Part shown: one piece after another, positions 18,534-29,170 of the stretch | Layout of the letters: each line of letters begins with the position of its first letter | How positions within the stretch are numbered: the stretch's first letter is position 1 | DNA from: Candidatus Cloacimonadales bacterium | GTDB lineage: Bacteria > Cloacimonadota > Cloacimonadia > Cloacimonadales > JAFGVF01 | Assembly: GCA_963667035.1 (NCBI GenBank) | Contig: OY762964.1 | Span: 1,280,001 to 1,344,000 of the forward strand | DNA: 64,000 bases | Reading direction: 5' to 3' | The notes under the pieces: generated by a model | Databases searched by the model: none | What the model was told of the DNA's origin: nothing | What the model saw: the letters and a program-made list of their open reading frames with translations, nothing else | Made by a program: the position numbers and the translations under genes

Positions 18534-20897
18534 GTGGCTTTAACAATAAATCCTGAAAAGATAGATATTGAACATTTTGAAAATAGACAATATAATGTAG
18601 TCCCATTGAGGCGCATGCTTATTGCACCAAGAATTATAGCTCCCGTGTTAGTAGGAAGAGAGATTTCTAAAGAAGCAGTTGAACAGGCTCTGGTTTTTGA
18701 TAAATTGATTTTCTGCGTCACTCAGCGTGATGGAGATGAATCAGATGATAATCCGGTTGCTAAACAGCTATATAGATCCGGAACTGTATGTCAGATCTTA
18801 CAAAGCTTCAGACTACCGGATGGTAACATAAGACTTTTAGTTGAAGGCTTATATAGAGCAGAAGTCGTACGTTTCATTAATGCGAAGAAGGTTATGAAAG
18901 CTAACCTCATTCGAAGTGATATTGAACTCAACATGGACAGTGTTGAGTTAACTGCTTATCAACGAAACCTAAGGTCGCTGTTTGGTGAGTATATCACTCT
19001 AAACAACTCACTTCCGGAAGAGATGCTCCAATCTCTTGATGAATTGAATGACCCGATTGAGATATTTTATTTTATTCTTACATATTTCAATGTTGATATT
19101 CATGCCAAACAGCATGTCTTTAATAATAATAATATTAGAGAGGGATTAGCAGAACTATTAAGAATGATGAATCAAGAAATTGAAGTTAGTAAACTTGAGC
19201 ATCGAATCGAAGGAAGAGTTAAGAAAACACTAAATAAGATGCAAAGAGAATACTACTTGAATGAGCAACTCAAGATTATTCATAAAGAACTAGGGATAAC
19301 GGAAGAGGATGATTCTAATCTTTTAAAGATAAAAGAAAAAGCAGATTCTCTTAACTTAAGTCCAATTGCTAAGAAAAGGTTTGATGAAGAGTTAAAGAGA
19401 TTACAACGTATGGCTCCTCAATCTCAAGAATACGGAGTTGTTTTGAATTATATAAATTGGATTCTGGATTTGCCATGGAACATGAAAGATACAGATTCAA
19501 TTGATATCAAAAAGGCAAAAGAGATTTTAGATACAGATCACTATGGACTTGAAAAAGTTAAAGAGCGAATTCTAGAATTTATTTCTGTCATCAAGCTTTC
19601 CAAGAAAACAAAAGGTCAGATTATTTGTTTCGTAGGACCTCCCGGAGTTGGTAAAACTTCTCTTGGTCGATCTATTGCTAGAGCTCTTACTCGTGATTTT
19701 GTTAGGATATCGCTGGGAGGAGTCAGAGATGAAGCTGAGATTAGAGGACATAGAAGAACTTATATTGGTGCTATTCCTGGAATTATCATCCAGAGCATGA
19801 AGAAAGCCGGCTCAATGAATCCTCTGATTATGATGGATGAGATAGATAAAATGAGCATGGACTTCAGGGGTGATCCTGCTTCTGCTTTACTTGAAGTACT
19901 TGATCCGGAACAAAATAATGATTTCAGAGACCACTACCTTGATTTTGGTTATGACCTTTCTAAAGTGATGTTTATAACTACTGCCAATAGCCTTGCCGGT
20001 ATACCTGCTCCATTAATGGATCGTATGGAATTGATTAGAATCCCCGGTTATACCCAGTTTGAAAAACTTAATATTGCTAAAAGACACCTCATCCCTAAAC
20101 AGATAGAAGAACACAATATAGGTGAAAAAGTTTCAATATCAATACCTGACAAACAGATTAGTAGAATAATCTCAGACTATACTAGAGAAGCAGGTGTAAG
20201 AGAACTGGAAAGAAAATTTGCCCAAATAACAAGAAAAATAGTTAGAAAATATGTAGAAGGTGATCTTAAAAAGAAGATAACTCTCAATGATAAACTGTTA
20301 AAAGATTTTCTTGGTATTCCAACTCACTCATCATCTTTAGCAAATACCAAGGATAGAGTAGGAATCGTAACGGGACTTGCATGGACTTCTGTCGGTGGTG
20401 AAACCCTTCAAATAGAAGTTGTGACAATGCCAGGAACAGGCAGAGTAAAACTTACAGGTAAACTCGGTGACGTCATGAAAGAATCTGCAATGGCTGCTTT
20501 AAGTTATGCAAGACTTCATGCAAAGAAATATGGTATAGAAGCTGATTTTTATAAGAGAAAAGACTTACATCTTCATATTCCGGAAGGAGCAATTCCAAAA
20601 GATGGACCTTCTGCTGGTGTAACAATAGCAACAGCTTTTATCTCCATTTTAAGTGGTAATAAAGTTAGGCATGATGTAGCTATGACAGGAGAGATAACCT
20701 TATCAGGACAGGTTCTGGCTATTGGAGGACTACCTGAAAAGCTCATTGCCGCTAAGAGACAAGGTATTACAAATGTGATTATTCCAGAAAAAAACAAGAT
20801 TCATCTTGAAGAGATTCCTGAAGAAATCAAGAAAGATATGAATATTATATTTGCAACCAAAATTGAAGATGTGCTTAAGGAAGCACTATGTAAATAA
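18534..20897 (+). CDS. lon: ATP-dependent protease La (Lon)
   Basis: DHYGL, GPPGVGKTS, RGHRRTYIGA, DEIDK and PKDGPSAG motifs. GTG at 18534 follows GAGGAGG; the ORF track starts at 18507. Confidence 0.96.
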   Translation: MALTINPEKIDIEHFENRQYNVVPLRRMLIAPRIIAPVLVGREISKEAVEQALVFDKLIFCVTQRDGDESDDNPVAKQLYRSGTVCQILQSFRLPDGNIRLLVEGLYRAEVVRFINAKKVMKANLIRSDIELNMDSVELTAYQRNLRSLFGEYITLNNSLPEEMLQSLDELNDPIEIFYFILTYFNVDIHAKQHVFNNNNIREGLAELLRMMNQEIEVSKLEHRIEGRVKKTLNKMQREYYLNEQLKIIHKELGITEEDDSNLLKIKEKADSLNLSPIAKKRFDEELKRLQRMAPQSQEYGVVLNYINWILDLPWNMKDTDSIDIKKAKEILDTDHYGLEKVKERILEFISVIKLSKKTKGQIICFVGPPGVGKTSLGRSIARALTRDFVRISLGGVRDEAEIRGHRRTYIGAIPGIIIQSMKKAGSMNPLIMMDEIDKMSMDFRGDPASALLEVLDPEQNNDFRDHYLDFGYDLSKVMFITTANSLAGIPAPLMDRMELIRIPGYTQFEKLNIAKRHLIPKQIEEHNIGEKVSISIPDKQISRIISDYTREAGVRELERKFAQITRKIVRKYVEGDLKKKITLNDKLLKDFLGIPTHSSSLANTKDRVGIVTGLAWTSVGGETLQIEVVTMPGTGRVKLTGKLGDVMKESAMAALSYARLHAKKYGIEADFYKRKDLHLHIPEGAIPKDGPSAGVTIATAFISILSGNKVRHDVAMTGEITLSGQVLAIGGLPEKLIAAKRQGITNVIIPEKNKIHLEEIPEEIKKDMNIIFATKIEDVLKEALCK

Positions 20898-21148
20898 TGA
20901 AGTTTAAGATAATTACTCGTACAGTTAATACTGATAACTCAGTTGAGTTAGTCCTTTTCACTCCAAAAGAGGAAGTAATTGTACTGGGATACATTCTTGA
21001 ATCTTTTGAAGGATGGTTTAATTACTCTACAATTGACCAGAGAAAGCAACTCTTCAGAGTCAATATAATGAAGGATTTTGTAAGTAATGCAGATGAGATT
21101 TTAAGCTTTCTAAAAAGCTGGTCACCACCCAAACGTAATTTCTATTAG
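20897..21148 (+). CDS. Small hypothetical protein (DUF4911-like)
   Basis: Coupled to lon via TAATG; YILESFEGWFNYSTID motif. Confidence 0.7.
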   Translation: MKFKIITRTVNTDNSVELVLFTPKEEVIVLGYILESFEGWFNYSTIDQRKQLFRVNIMKDFVSNADEILSFLKSWSPPKRNFY

Positions 21149-21156
21149 AAAAGGCT

Positions 21157-22050
21157 ATGATAATGGATATAGACATTAAAAATTATAAATGTGGTTATGT
21201 TGCTATTATAGGCAAGCCAAATGTTGGAAAATCGACTTTACTCAATGCCTTGATAGGTGAAAAGCTATCAATTACAACACCCAAGCCACAAACAACAAGA
21301 CAATCTATTAAAGGCATATTTTCAGATGAGAAGAGACAAATTGTATTTGTTGATACCCCTGGATTTGTTGAGCCTAGATATGAGCTTCATACAAGGATGA
21401 GAAATATTATTTCGGATTCATTGAAAGATGCCGATATAGTACTGTTTATGACAGATATAAGAGACTTCCCAACTGACTATGATAATCAAGTTATTGAAAA
21501 AGCCGGTAAAGTAAGAGTACCAAGAGTTGCTGTTCTTAATAAGATAGATTTAACCTCAATTGAGGACTTTGAACAGAAGAAGAAACTTCTAGAAGATAAG
21601 TTTGATTATGTCTTTGGAGTTTCAGCTTTGAATGGAACAAATAACGATTTACTTATGCAGAAATTAACTGATTTACTACCATATAGCCCCCCCTTTTACG
21701 ATCCTGAAAATCTTTCTGACCTTCCTATGCGTTTCTTTGCTCAGGAGATGATTAGGGAAAAGATTTTTCTAATCTTTGATAAGGAAATACCATATTCCAC
21801 TGCCGTGCTTGTTGATAGATATAAAGAAGAACCTGATGCAACCAATATAGATGCAACTATATGGATTGAAAGAGAAAGTCAGAAACCAATAATTATTGGA
21901 GCCAAAGGAAGTGGTTTAAAAAAAATACGCATGGCTGTCGAAAAAGAGTTAAGCGAAATGTTACAAACTAAAGTCATGGTACATTTGTGGGTTAAAGTGA
22001 AAAAGTCATGGAGAAAGAATAATCTCTATCTGAAAGAATTAGGTTTTTAA
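21157..22050 (+). CDS. era: GTPase Era
   Basis: GKPNVGKST, PQTTR, DTPG and NKID motifs; KH domain (IIIGAKG). Confidence 0.96.
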   Translation: MIMDIDIKNYKCGYVAIIGKPNVGKSTLLNALIGEKLSITTPKPQTTRQSIKGIFSDEKRQIVFVDTPGFVEPRYELHTRMRNIISDSLKDADIVLFMTDIRDFPTDYDNQVIEKAGKVRVPRVAVLNKIDLTSIEDFEQKKKLLEDKFDYVFGVSALNGTNNDLLMQKLTDLLPYSPPFYDPENLSDLPMRFFAQEMIREKIFLIFDKEIPYSTAVLVDRYKEEPDATNIDATIWIERESQKPIIIGAKGSGLKKIRMAVEKELSEMLQTKVMVHLWVKVKKSWRKNNLYLKELGF

Positions 22051-22067
22051 CTATTTAGATTTACACC

Positions 22068-22123
22068 AAGGGTTGAAAATCAGCCCTTTTAAATATTAAA
22101 AGGCTACCATCAAGGTAGCCTTT
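22068..22123. terminator. Two hairpins between convergent genes
   Basis: AAGGGTTGA-AAA-TCAGCCCTTTT and AAAGGCTACC-ATCAA-GGTAGCCTTT. Confidence 0.7.
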
Positions 22124-22145
22124 ATAGTATTTACTATAACTCTAA

Positions 22146-25100
22146 TTACTTAATTAGAATCATCTTTCTTGTTTTAGTATATGTACCAGCTTGAAGTTTA
22201 TAGAGGTATATACCGCTTGCAACTCCATTACCTTCATTATCTGTTCCATTCCAAACAAAAGTCTGTCTTCCTGCTGGGAATTTTCCATTAGCAATAGTAG
22301 CGACATGTTGACCGCGTTGATTGTAAATATCTAAACGAGCAGCACCTGGCTTTGCCATGTTAAAACCAATCGTTGTAGTAGGATTGAAAGGATTAGGATA
22401 GTTATTCAAGAGAGTAGTTCCTATAACCTCAGGATTAACATCTTCATCATTACTTACAAAAGTATCTGGAGCACTAGTTGTAAATTTAACGGCTAAACCT
22501 GCAGTTAGTTCTGATGCTGAAGCAGGATAGCTATTTGCAAAAGAGTAAGTTAAACCGTCTGTTTGAGTATGATTTTCAATACCAACCGTTGAGTAATTAC
22601 TAAGAGTATTCACTGCCGGATTATCAACAGTATGATACATTACAACCAGCTCACCATCATTATCAGCTTGAGGATAAAGTATCAACTGGAACTTTTCAAG
22701 TGAAGGGTTTTCATAAGTTAAAGTATATCTATTATAAGCATCATTCCATTCAATGATAAATCTGTTGTTAGCAACATCATGCCATGTAACAAGTCTCATA
22801 TCATTGAATACATCTGTTTCTATCTGAGTACCCTTAAGGTCTTCCCAATAAGGAGCGACCATAGCGTAAGGTCCTAATGGAGATGGAATGTAAAGATTAT
22901 CAAAGTTACTCATCCATGTTTGAATAAATGAAATCCAGCCGTTTGAGCAAGCAGTAATACTATTATAATCAACGCCATAATATCTGAATGTGAAAGGTAA
23001 ATCCATGTCAATTGATTCATCATCAGTGATTTCATGAACTGTTCCTTGTCCACCGTCTCTAGGGTCAATTTCTATCCATTCATATGTAGGAGCCTGTTCC
23101 CAATCTGTATCATTACTGTCATATGCATAATAACCATAAGCATCTGGTCCTGTCGGGGCTGTATTATCTACAGTACCTGCTGTTATGCTGAAATGAGAAG
23201 TTGTCTCATAACCATTGTCATCAGTTGTAACGAAAGCAAAAGGTAAAGAACGGCCTCTGAAGCATGCTGAATTGACATTAACATTAAAGCTAACCTGTGT
23301 AGATTCTCCTGATGCAAGAGCAAAATTATCAATGATATTACTTGAAATTGTTGCAGCATCACATAGACTTCTTACATCAATCTCACCGTCTACATTTGAA
23401 ACTCCTATATTAGTAACACTAACTGTAACATTAGATTCACTACCTATACTTACCGTTGAGGTTACAGGTGTTACAGTTAAAGCATGTCCACCTATTTTGT
23501 AAGAGAATTTCTCAACGTTATTAGTTGGAGCTATTGCCAAATCCATTTCAATTACATTATGTGGTAAAATAGCTCCGCTTAATTCAACGGTAAATGTTGC
23601 TGTAGTTTCTGCTCCGGAAGTTAAAGTTCCTACATTAACCGCACTTGAGATTGAACTAACTTCGTCGTTTGTACTACTTAAAGTTGCTGTAACATTATCA
23701 TAGCTATTAGCACTTAAGTTCTTAAGGGCAAACGTAACTTCCATTGGTTCACCGGCAATGAGATATTCACTGTTATTAATTGAATTACCGATTACTGTAA
23801 TGTTATCAGTTGATTCACTAACTAAAACTGTTTTCTTTAATGGAACCCAATTTTTTTTGCTGATAGTTACTGTCAAATCACCATCGGTAACTGTATCTAT
23901 AGGCAGAATAGCTCTACCATTAATTACTTTTGCATATGTGAAATTGATACCATCTTTTGTTCCGGTAACAACAGCTCCATCTAAACCTGGATAATCAATT
24001 ACAATTGAAGAAGTCGCTCTATCAATCTCGCTAGGTAGATTATCAGCAATTGCTTGAGGAATTCCATACCATATTCTTAAAGAAGGATCGGATAATATTG
24101 CATAAATATGGTTATAGAAAGGTACATAACCTCCTGTTTGTCTCTCAAGCGGGAAGTTCTTATAAATTTCTACTTTACCTGCTAAAACAGCTGCGCCAAA
24201 AGATCTTTCACCTTTGTTGCAAATAGCATCAACTATTCCTGTCGAAAACGAATTATTAAGAGCTGTTCTTGTGTGTAAATCAGAAGGACCGACAAAAGCT
24301 ACACAGCCATTAGGAACTGTTGGTTGTCCAAGATGCATCCAGTATTCACCGAAACATTCAACATGTGTTGCATTAGCAAAGTCACCTGTGTTACAAACTA
24401 TCGATAAAACGATTGGCATTTTAGGTCCATTATTCAAGTTACCGAAATCATCTTTATGGAAACGTGGATAGTGCCACCCTGTAGCATCTCCCCAACCTCT
24501 ATATATCACATAGCTTCTACCGTTAGCTAAATATTGTCTAATCAAAGAGGCCGCTAATTCATGTGGTGGATAATAAACTTTATCTACAGTAAATCCATCT
24601 CGTTCAAATAATTCTGCAAAGAAGTCACAAGTCAATGTTGGAGTACTAGGTTGCAATCCACCTTCTGCATAGTTACCTGCAACCATCAATGCTTTGTTTA
24701 ACCAAGAAGGGTCACCCAAGAAAGGATTTGATTCGTACATTACAGTTTTGTTAACCATTGTCAAAAGCTGACCAATATCATTAAAGGACATTCTTCCTAC
24801 AATCATTTCTGGCATACTATCGTTACCTTCAATCATTGTATAATAGTTATCATCAGCATCATTTTCTTGTCCGTCGGGTGATCCAAAGAAGTTTGTAGGT
24901 ATATGAAATTCTTCGCCTACTGTATCTCCAAAGATAATCAAGTATTCAGGATGATGTTCATTATAATAGTTTTCAACATAAGCATCTATCGCAGTCAATG
25001 TATTACCGCCACATTCATCAGTATCGGCGAAATGAACATTGAAACCTAGAGATCTTTTCCAATTAATGAATGATGTTAAGTAATTTTCAATACCGGGACG

Positions 25101-25622
25101 ACCAATCATAAGAATACCTGGTCTTGAATCAGGTAGATTTCTTAAGTAGGATTCATTAAAATTAAGAGCTATATCCTCGTATGACTGTCTGAAAGCAGAA
25201 GAAATCTCAGTAGGAATAGCTACAGAATTTTTTGCTACCAAATCATATTCAAGCTCAGAGATAATTGAACTACTTCCGTCATCATTTCCAATTTGCTCAT
25301 CAATAGTTACATCAAAAGCATACATTTCACGCATCACAAAGCTATCTGTGATTCTAACACGATCAGTATCTGCATTGCGAAGAGTCTCTAATAAATTACC
25401 GTTTGAATCTCTTCTTTCAACAACCATCTTGTTGATTCTAATCTCAGCTTCAGTAGCCGGGAGTATGAATGTTTCGACAGTAGATCTGTTCTCCTCTGTT
25501 TGCAGAGAGCTCGAATAAGTAACACTCACCCTGTTTTCTGCTGTTCTTACACTCATATCAGCTGAAGCAAAACAGGCCGCAACTACAGCTAACATGACAA
25601 TAATGACTAAAAATCGTTTCAT
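22146..25622 (-). CDS. C25 (gingipain-like) peptidase-family protein with a FlgD-Ig/T9SS-type C-terminal domain
   Basis: Signal peptide; WKRSLG, LIIFGD, VGRMS, IVCNTGDF and LSDPSL motifs; GPDAYGY...YEWIEI; C-terminal NYPNPFNP...WNGTD...SGIYLY...RKMILIK. Confidence 0.85.
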   Translation of the reverse strand: MKRFLVIIVMLAVVAACFASADMSVRTAENRVSVTYSSSLQTEENRSTVETFILPATEAEIRINKMVVERRDSNGNLLETLRNADTDRVRITDSFVMREMYAFDVTIDEQIGNDDGSSSIISELEYDLVAKNSVAIPTEISSAFRQSYEDIALNFNESYLRNLPDSRPGILMIGRPGIENYLTSFINWKRSLGFNVHFADTDECGGNTLTAIDAYVENYYNEHHPEYLIIFGDTVGEEFHIPTNFFGSPDGQENDADDNYYTMIEGNDSMPEMIVGRMSFNDIGQLLTMVNKTVMYESNPFLGDPSWLNKALMVAGNYAEGGLQPSTPTLTCDFFAELFERDGFTVDKVYYPPHELAASLIRQYLANGRSYVIYRGWGDATGWHYPRFHKDDFGNLNNGPKMPIVLSIVCNTGDFANATHVECFGEYWMHLGQPTVPNGCVAFVGPSDLHTRTALNNSFSTGIVDAICNKGERSFGAAVLAGKVEIYKNFPLERQTGGYVPFYNHIYAILSDPSLRIWYGIPQAIADNLPSEIDRATSSIVIDYPGLDGAVVTGTKDGINFTYAKVINGRAILPIDTVTDGDLTVTISKKNWVPLKKTVLVSESTDNITVIGNSINNSEYLIAGEPMEVTFALKNLSANSYDNVTATLSSTNDEVSSISSAVNVGTLTSGAETTATFTVELSGAILPHNVIEMDLAIAPTNNVEKFSYKIGGHALTVTPVTSTVSIGSESNVTVSVTNIGVSNVDGEIDVRSLCDAATISSNIIDNFALASGESTQVSFNVNVNSACFRGRSLPFAFVTTDDNGYETTSHFSITAGTVDNTAPTGPDAYGYYAYDSNDTDWEQAPTYEWIEIDPRDGGQGTVHEITDDESIDMDLPFTFRYYGVDYNSITACSNGWISFIQTWMSNFDNLYIPSPLGPYAMVAPYWEDLKGTQIETDVFNDMRLVTWHDVANNRFIIEWNDAYNRYTLTYENPSLEKFQLILYPQADNDGELVVMYHTVDNPAVNTLSNYSTVGIENHTQTDGLTYSFANSYPASASELTAGLAVKFTTSAPDTFVSNDEDVNPEVIGTTLLNNYPNPFNPTTTIGFNMAKPGAARLDIYNQRGQHVATIANGKFPAGRQTFVWNGTDNEGNGVASGIYLYKLQAGTYTKTRKMILIK

Positions 25623-25679
25623 TTAGTTCCTCCATTTATAAAAATTAGGTTCATTCATTCTTAAAATATCAATTCGCAA

Positions 25680-26939
25680 TTATTGTTCCAATACAGTAAA
25701 GCGTTGGCCTTTGATGTATATTTTTTCGCAATTGCTAGATCCGAAGTGGTAAGGAAGGAATCCAAAACTAGGCATATCCATGACCAAAAAGTTAGCTTGT
25801 TTGCCTTTTTCCAGTGATCCTACCTTATCTCCCATGCCAATAGCATAGGCTGCGTTTATAGTTGTAGCAATTATAGCTTCTGCTGGTAACATCTTCATTT
25901 GAAGACAACCTAAAGTAGCTATAATCTGCTGAGAATCGGCATTACAGCTACCTGGATTATAGTCTGTAGCTAAAGCAACAGGTACTCCCAATTCTATCAT
26001 CTTTCTGGCTCTTGCATAACTTTTCATTCCAAGACTAAATATAGTCGCAGGTAACAGGGTTGCAATAACTCCTGCATCAGCCATAGCTTTTATACCTTCA
26101 TCGGAAGCAGCTCCCAGATGATCAGCACTAATGCATCCCATCTCTGCTGCTAATTCGGCTCCACCAATAGGTTCTATCTCATCAGCATGCATCTTTAACT
26201 CAAGTCCAAGTTCTTTGGCTCTTTTCATTACTCTTCTGGATTCTACAATGTTATAGACATGTAACTCGGTAAATATGTCACAGTATCTAGCTATTCCCTG
26301 TTCAGCAACAGCAGGAAGCATTTCGTCTTCCAAAATCTTCAAATATGATTCATGGTCATCCTTATATTCAGGAGGAAACTCATGTGCTCCCATGAAAGTT
26401 GGGACTATATCAATGGGCATTTCATCGTTCAATCTTTTAATGACTTTTAATTGTTTTAACTCTGATTCTGTTGTTAATCCATATCCGCTTTTAGCTTCCA
26501 AAGTAGTTGTCCCCACGCTAATAAGCTTGTTTATTCTCTTTTTAGCTAACTGAAACAATGTTTCCTCGTCTGCATCTCTGGTAGAGTTCATTGTTGAGCG
26601 TATACCGCCACCACTCAAAGATATCTCAACATACGATTTTCCCTGTATTCTCATTGCAAATTCATTCTCACGTGTATCAACAAATATAGGGTGAGTATGA
26701 GGGTCAACGAAACCCGGCATAACCACTCTATCGGTTGCATCAACAACTTCTACCGCTTCATACTTTGAAGTAATATTTTGCGTCTCACCTACTTCTACAA
26801 TTAAACCGTTATTGATAGCCATCGCACCATTCTTAACAATAGCAAGCTCCGACATCTCTTTCCCTCTACGAGGTTCAGGTTTACCTGCAAGTGTAAGTAA
26901 TTCTTTGGCATTAATTACCAATAAATCAACTTTCTGCAT
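25680..26939 (-). CDS. hutI: Imidazolonepropionase
   Basis: PGFVDPHTH, GGGI, EAKSGYG, HADE and ATDYNPG motifs. Confidence 0.95.
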   Translation of the reverse strand: MQKVDLLVINAKELLTLAGKPEPRRGKEMSELAIVKNGAMAINNGLIVEVGETQNITSKYEAVEVVDATDRVVMPGFVDPHTHPIFVDTRENEFAMRIQGKSYVEISLSGGGIRSTMNSTRDADEETLFQLAKKRINKLISVGTTTLEAKSGYGLTTESELKQLKVIKRLNDEMPIDIVPTFMGAHEFPPEYKDDHESYLKILEDEMLPAVAEQGIARYCDIFTELHVYNIVESRRVMKRAKELGLELKMHADEIEPIGGAELAAEMGCISADHLGAASDEGIKAMADAGVIATLLPATIFSLGMKSYARARKMIELGVPVALATDYNPGSCNADSQQIIATLGCLQMKMLPAEAIIATTINAAYAIGMGDKVGSLEKGKQANFLVMDMPSFGFLPYHFGSSNCEKIYIKGQRFTVLEQ

Positions 26940-28832
26940 CTATTCTCCTATACTCATTTCAAGGTATTCATCTTCAAGTTGCTCAAGTAAATGTTCCTTT
27001 TCATTAATAAGCCTATTCAATTCACTCATTCTATTGTTAAGCTCTTTAACTCTCTCAACATTAGTATAAGTCTCAGGTAAAGCAAATTCTGTCTCAATAT
27101 TACTTTTTTCTGTATTAAAATCATCAATTTGAGAGCTAACAGTCTCAATCTCATCCATCTTCTTCTCGAGAAGAATCGGATTAACTCTCTTCCTTGTTGT
27201 TTTTGGCTTTTGTTGCTTATCACCTACCGATTTATCCTGTAAATCACGGATAATTCTGTCTATAACTTCAACAAACGAATCCTTACTCTCGTTTATGATA
27301 CCTTTAGAGAAATACCATTTCTTGTTGGAAACCTTGTCAATAAAATATCTGTCATGTGAGACAAATACTAAAGTCCCGTCATAATTCCTTAGGGCTTCTT
27401 CCAAACTATCTACCATATATACATCAAGGTGGTTTGTTGGTTCATCCAGAATCAACAGATTAGGCTTTTGATGAATAAGGACTGCTAGCTTCAATCTTGC
27501 TTTTTCGCCCCCACTTAGAGTTCCAACATTCTTATCAACATCATCTCCCCTAAATCCGAATCTTGCAAGATAACCAAGTACATATCCTTGTGTCTCGGCA
27601 GGTACCATTTCCCAAATGGTCTCCATAACTGAAATTGTTGTATTCAATTCTTCCTGCATTTGACCAAAGTAACCTATCTTAAGATTATTGCCAATATATA
27701 AGTCACCGGATAATGGTCTTAAATATCCTAACAATACTTTCAATAATGTGGACTTACCACAACCGTTTGCACCCACAATTGCAATTCTATCTTTGTAGCC
27801 GGCATACAAACTCTCTGCATAAGCCAGTTCTTTTCCCGGATAACCTAGTTTTATATCTGTCATTCTAAAGATATCATTACTGGAACGATACTCACTATCA
27901 AGTCCAAGATTAAATGTTTCCAATGAATCCGGTCTATCCAGTCGTTCTGTTCTTTCTAAAATCTTTCTCCGACCTTGTGCTTGTTTTGTTTTTACACCCG
28001 CAAGATTACGTCTGATGAAGTCCTCTTCTCTGGCAATATACTGTTGTTGAGCTTTCCATAGCTTCTCTTCCAGCAGATGATTTGCTTCAGATTGTTCTAT
28101 AAAAGCAGTGTAATTACCTCTATATTTCTTAGCTTTCTTACCTCTAATTTCAATGATGTTCTTCACAGTCTCATCAAGAAAATATCTGTCATGTGAGATT
28201 ATAATATATGGAGTTGTATTCTTATTCAGATAGTTCTTAAGAAATTCTATCTGAAATGTATCGAGGTGGTTAGTCGGCTCATCAAGAAGCAGCAGATCAT
28301 GAGGAGCAAGCAGTATCTTTGCAAGTTGAATTCTGGACTGCTCTCCCCCGCTAAAACTTGATACGGGACGATACCATTCACTTTCAGGGAAGTTCAAACT
28401 AGTTAAAAGTAGTTTCATCTCCGTTTCAAATGTGAACCCACCCATAAGCTCAAATTGCTGTTGTAGCATTGTCATTTTATTCATAAGCGACTCGTTTGAT
28501 TCTTTCTCCAGTTTGAGATTCAATTCATGTAATTGCTTTTCAATCTCTAACATCTTTGGTCTGGATGTAAGTACTTCTTCCAAAAGTGATTGTGTTTGAT
28601 TCAGTTCATTTTCCTGACGTAGGAATGCCATATCACATTTCCCGGACTTAAGGATCTCTCCTCCCTCGGGAGTAAGTGTTCCCTTTATTAAACTGAATAA
28701 AGTTGTCTTTCCACAACCATTGACACCTACAAGTCCTATTCTGCTATCTTTTTCTATTGAAAGACTTAACTCTTTGAACAGCTCCCTACCGCCGAAACTG
28801 AAATTAAGCCCATTTATGGCTACTAAACTCAC
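26940..28832 (-). CDS. ABC-F family ATPase
   Basis: Two NBDs (GVNGCGKT/FSGGE/DEPTNHLD and GANGCGKS/LSGGE/DEPTNHLD); no TM; C-terminal coiled coil. Confidence 0.93.
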   Translation of the reverse strand: MSLVAINGLNFSFGGRELFKELSLSIEKDSRIGLVGVNGCGKTTLFSLIKGTLTPEGGEILKSGKCDMAFLRQENELNQTQSLLEEVLTSRPKMLEIEKQLHELNLKLEKESNESLMNKMTMLQQQFELMGGFTFETEMKLLLTSLNFPESEWYRPVSSFSGGEQSRIQLAKILLAPHDLLLLDEPTNHLDTFQIEFLKNYLNKNTTPYIIISHDRYFLDETVKNIIEIRGKKAKKYRGNYTAFIEQSEANHLLEEKLWKAQQQYIAREEDFIRRNLAGVKTKQAQGRRKILERTERLDRPDSLETFNLGLDSEYRSSNDIFRMTDIKLGYPGKELAYAESLYAGYKDRIAIVGANGCGKSTLLKVLLGYLRPLSGDLYIGNNLKIGYFGQMQEELNTTISVMETIWEMVPAETQGYVLGYLARFGFRGDDVDKNVGTLSGGEKARLKLAVLIHQKPNLLILDEPTNHLDVYMVDSLEEALRNYDGTLVFVSHDRYFIDKVSNKKWYFSKGIINESKDSFVEVIDRIIRDLQDKSVGDKQQKPKTTRKRVNPILLEKKMDEIETVSSQIDDFNTEKSNIETEFALPETYTNVERVKELNNRMSELNRLINEKEHLLEQLEDEYLEMSIGE

Positions 28833-29118
28833 TGTTTGCCTCGCTTCTTCTGTTTGCAGTGAATTTATATAGCATTATTTTGTGTCAACTAAAGAATTGA
28901 AGTGAATATAAATCTTCTATATTTAGAATTCTTTCTAATATTGAATACATGTTCGAGTAAACAAATCACTATCTGTTTCCTCATACTGACTTTTATAGCT
29001 TTCGACTCTATCTTTATCATTTGGTTCTAACGTAAATAAATATTTCCCTTTACCGGTAAATCTCCACAAGTCTCGTAGTTGCTAAAAATTCTACCCATAC
29101 AATATCGTATTATAAAAT

Positions 29119-29143
29119 AGGGGCACAAAAATCTGTGCCCTTT
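29119..29143. terminator. Hairpin terminator downstream of the DUF3825 gene
   Basis: GGGCACA-AAAATC-TGTGCCC. Confidence 0.6.
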
Positions 29144-29170
29144 GATATTTATGTAAAGTTCTGTACAGTT

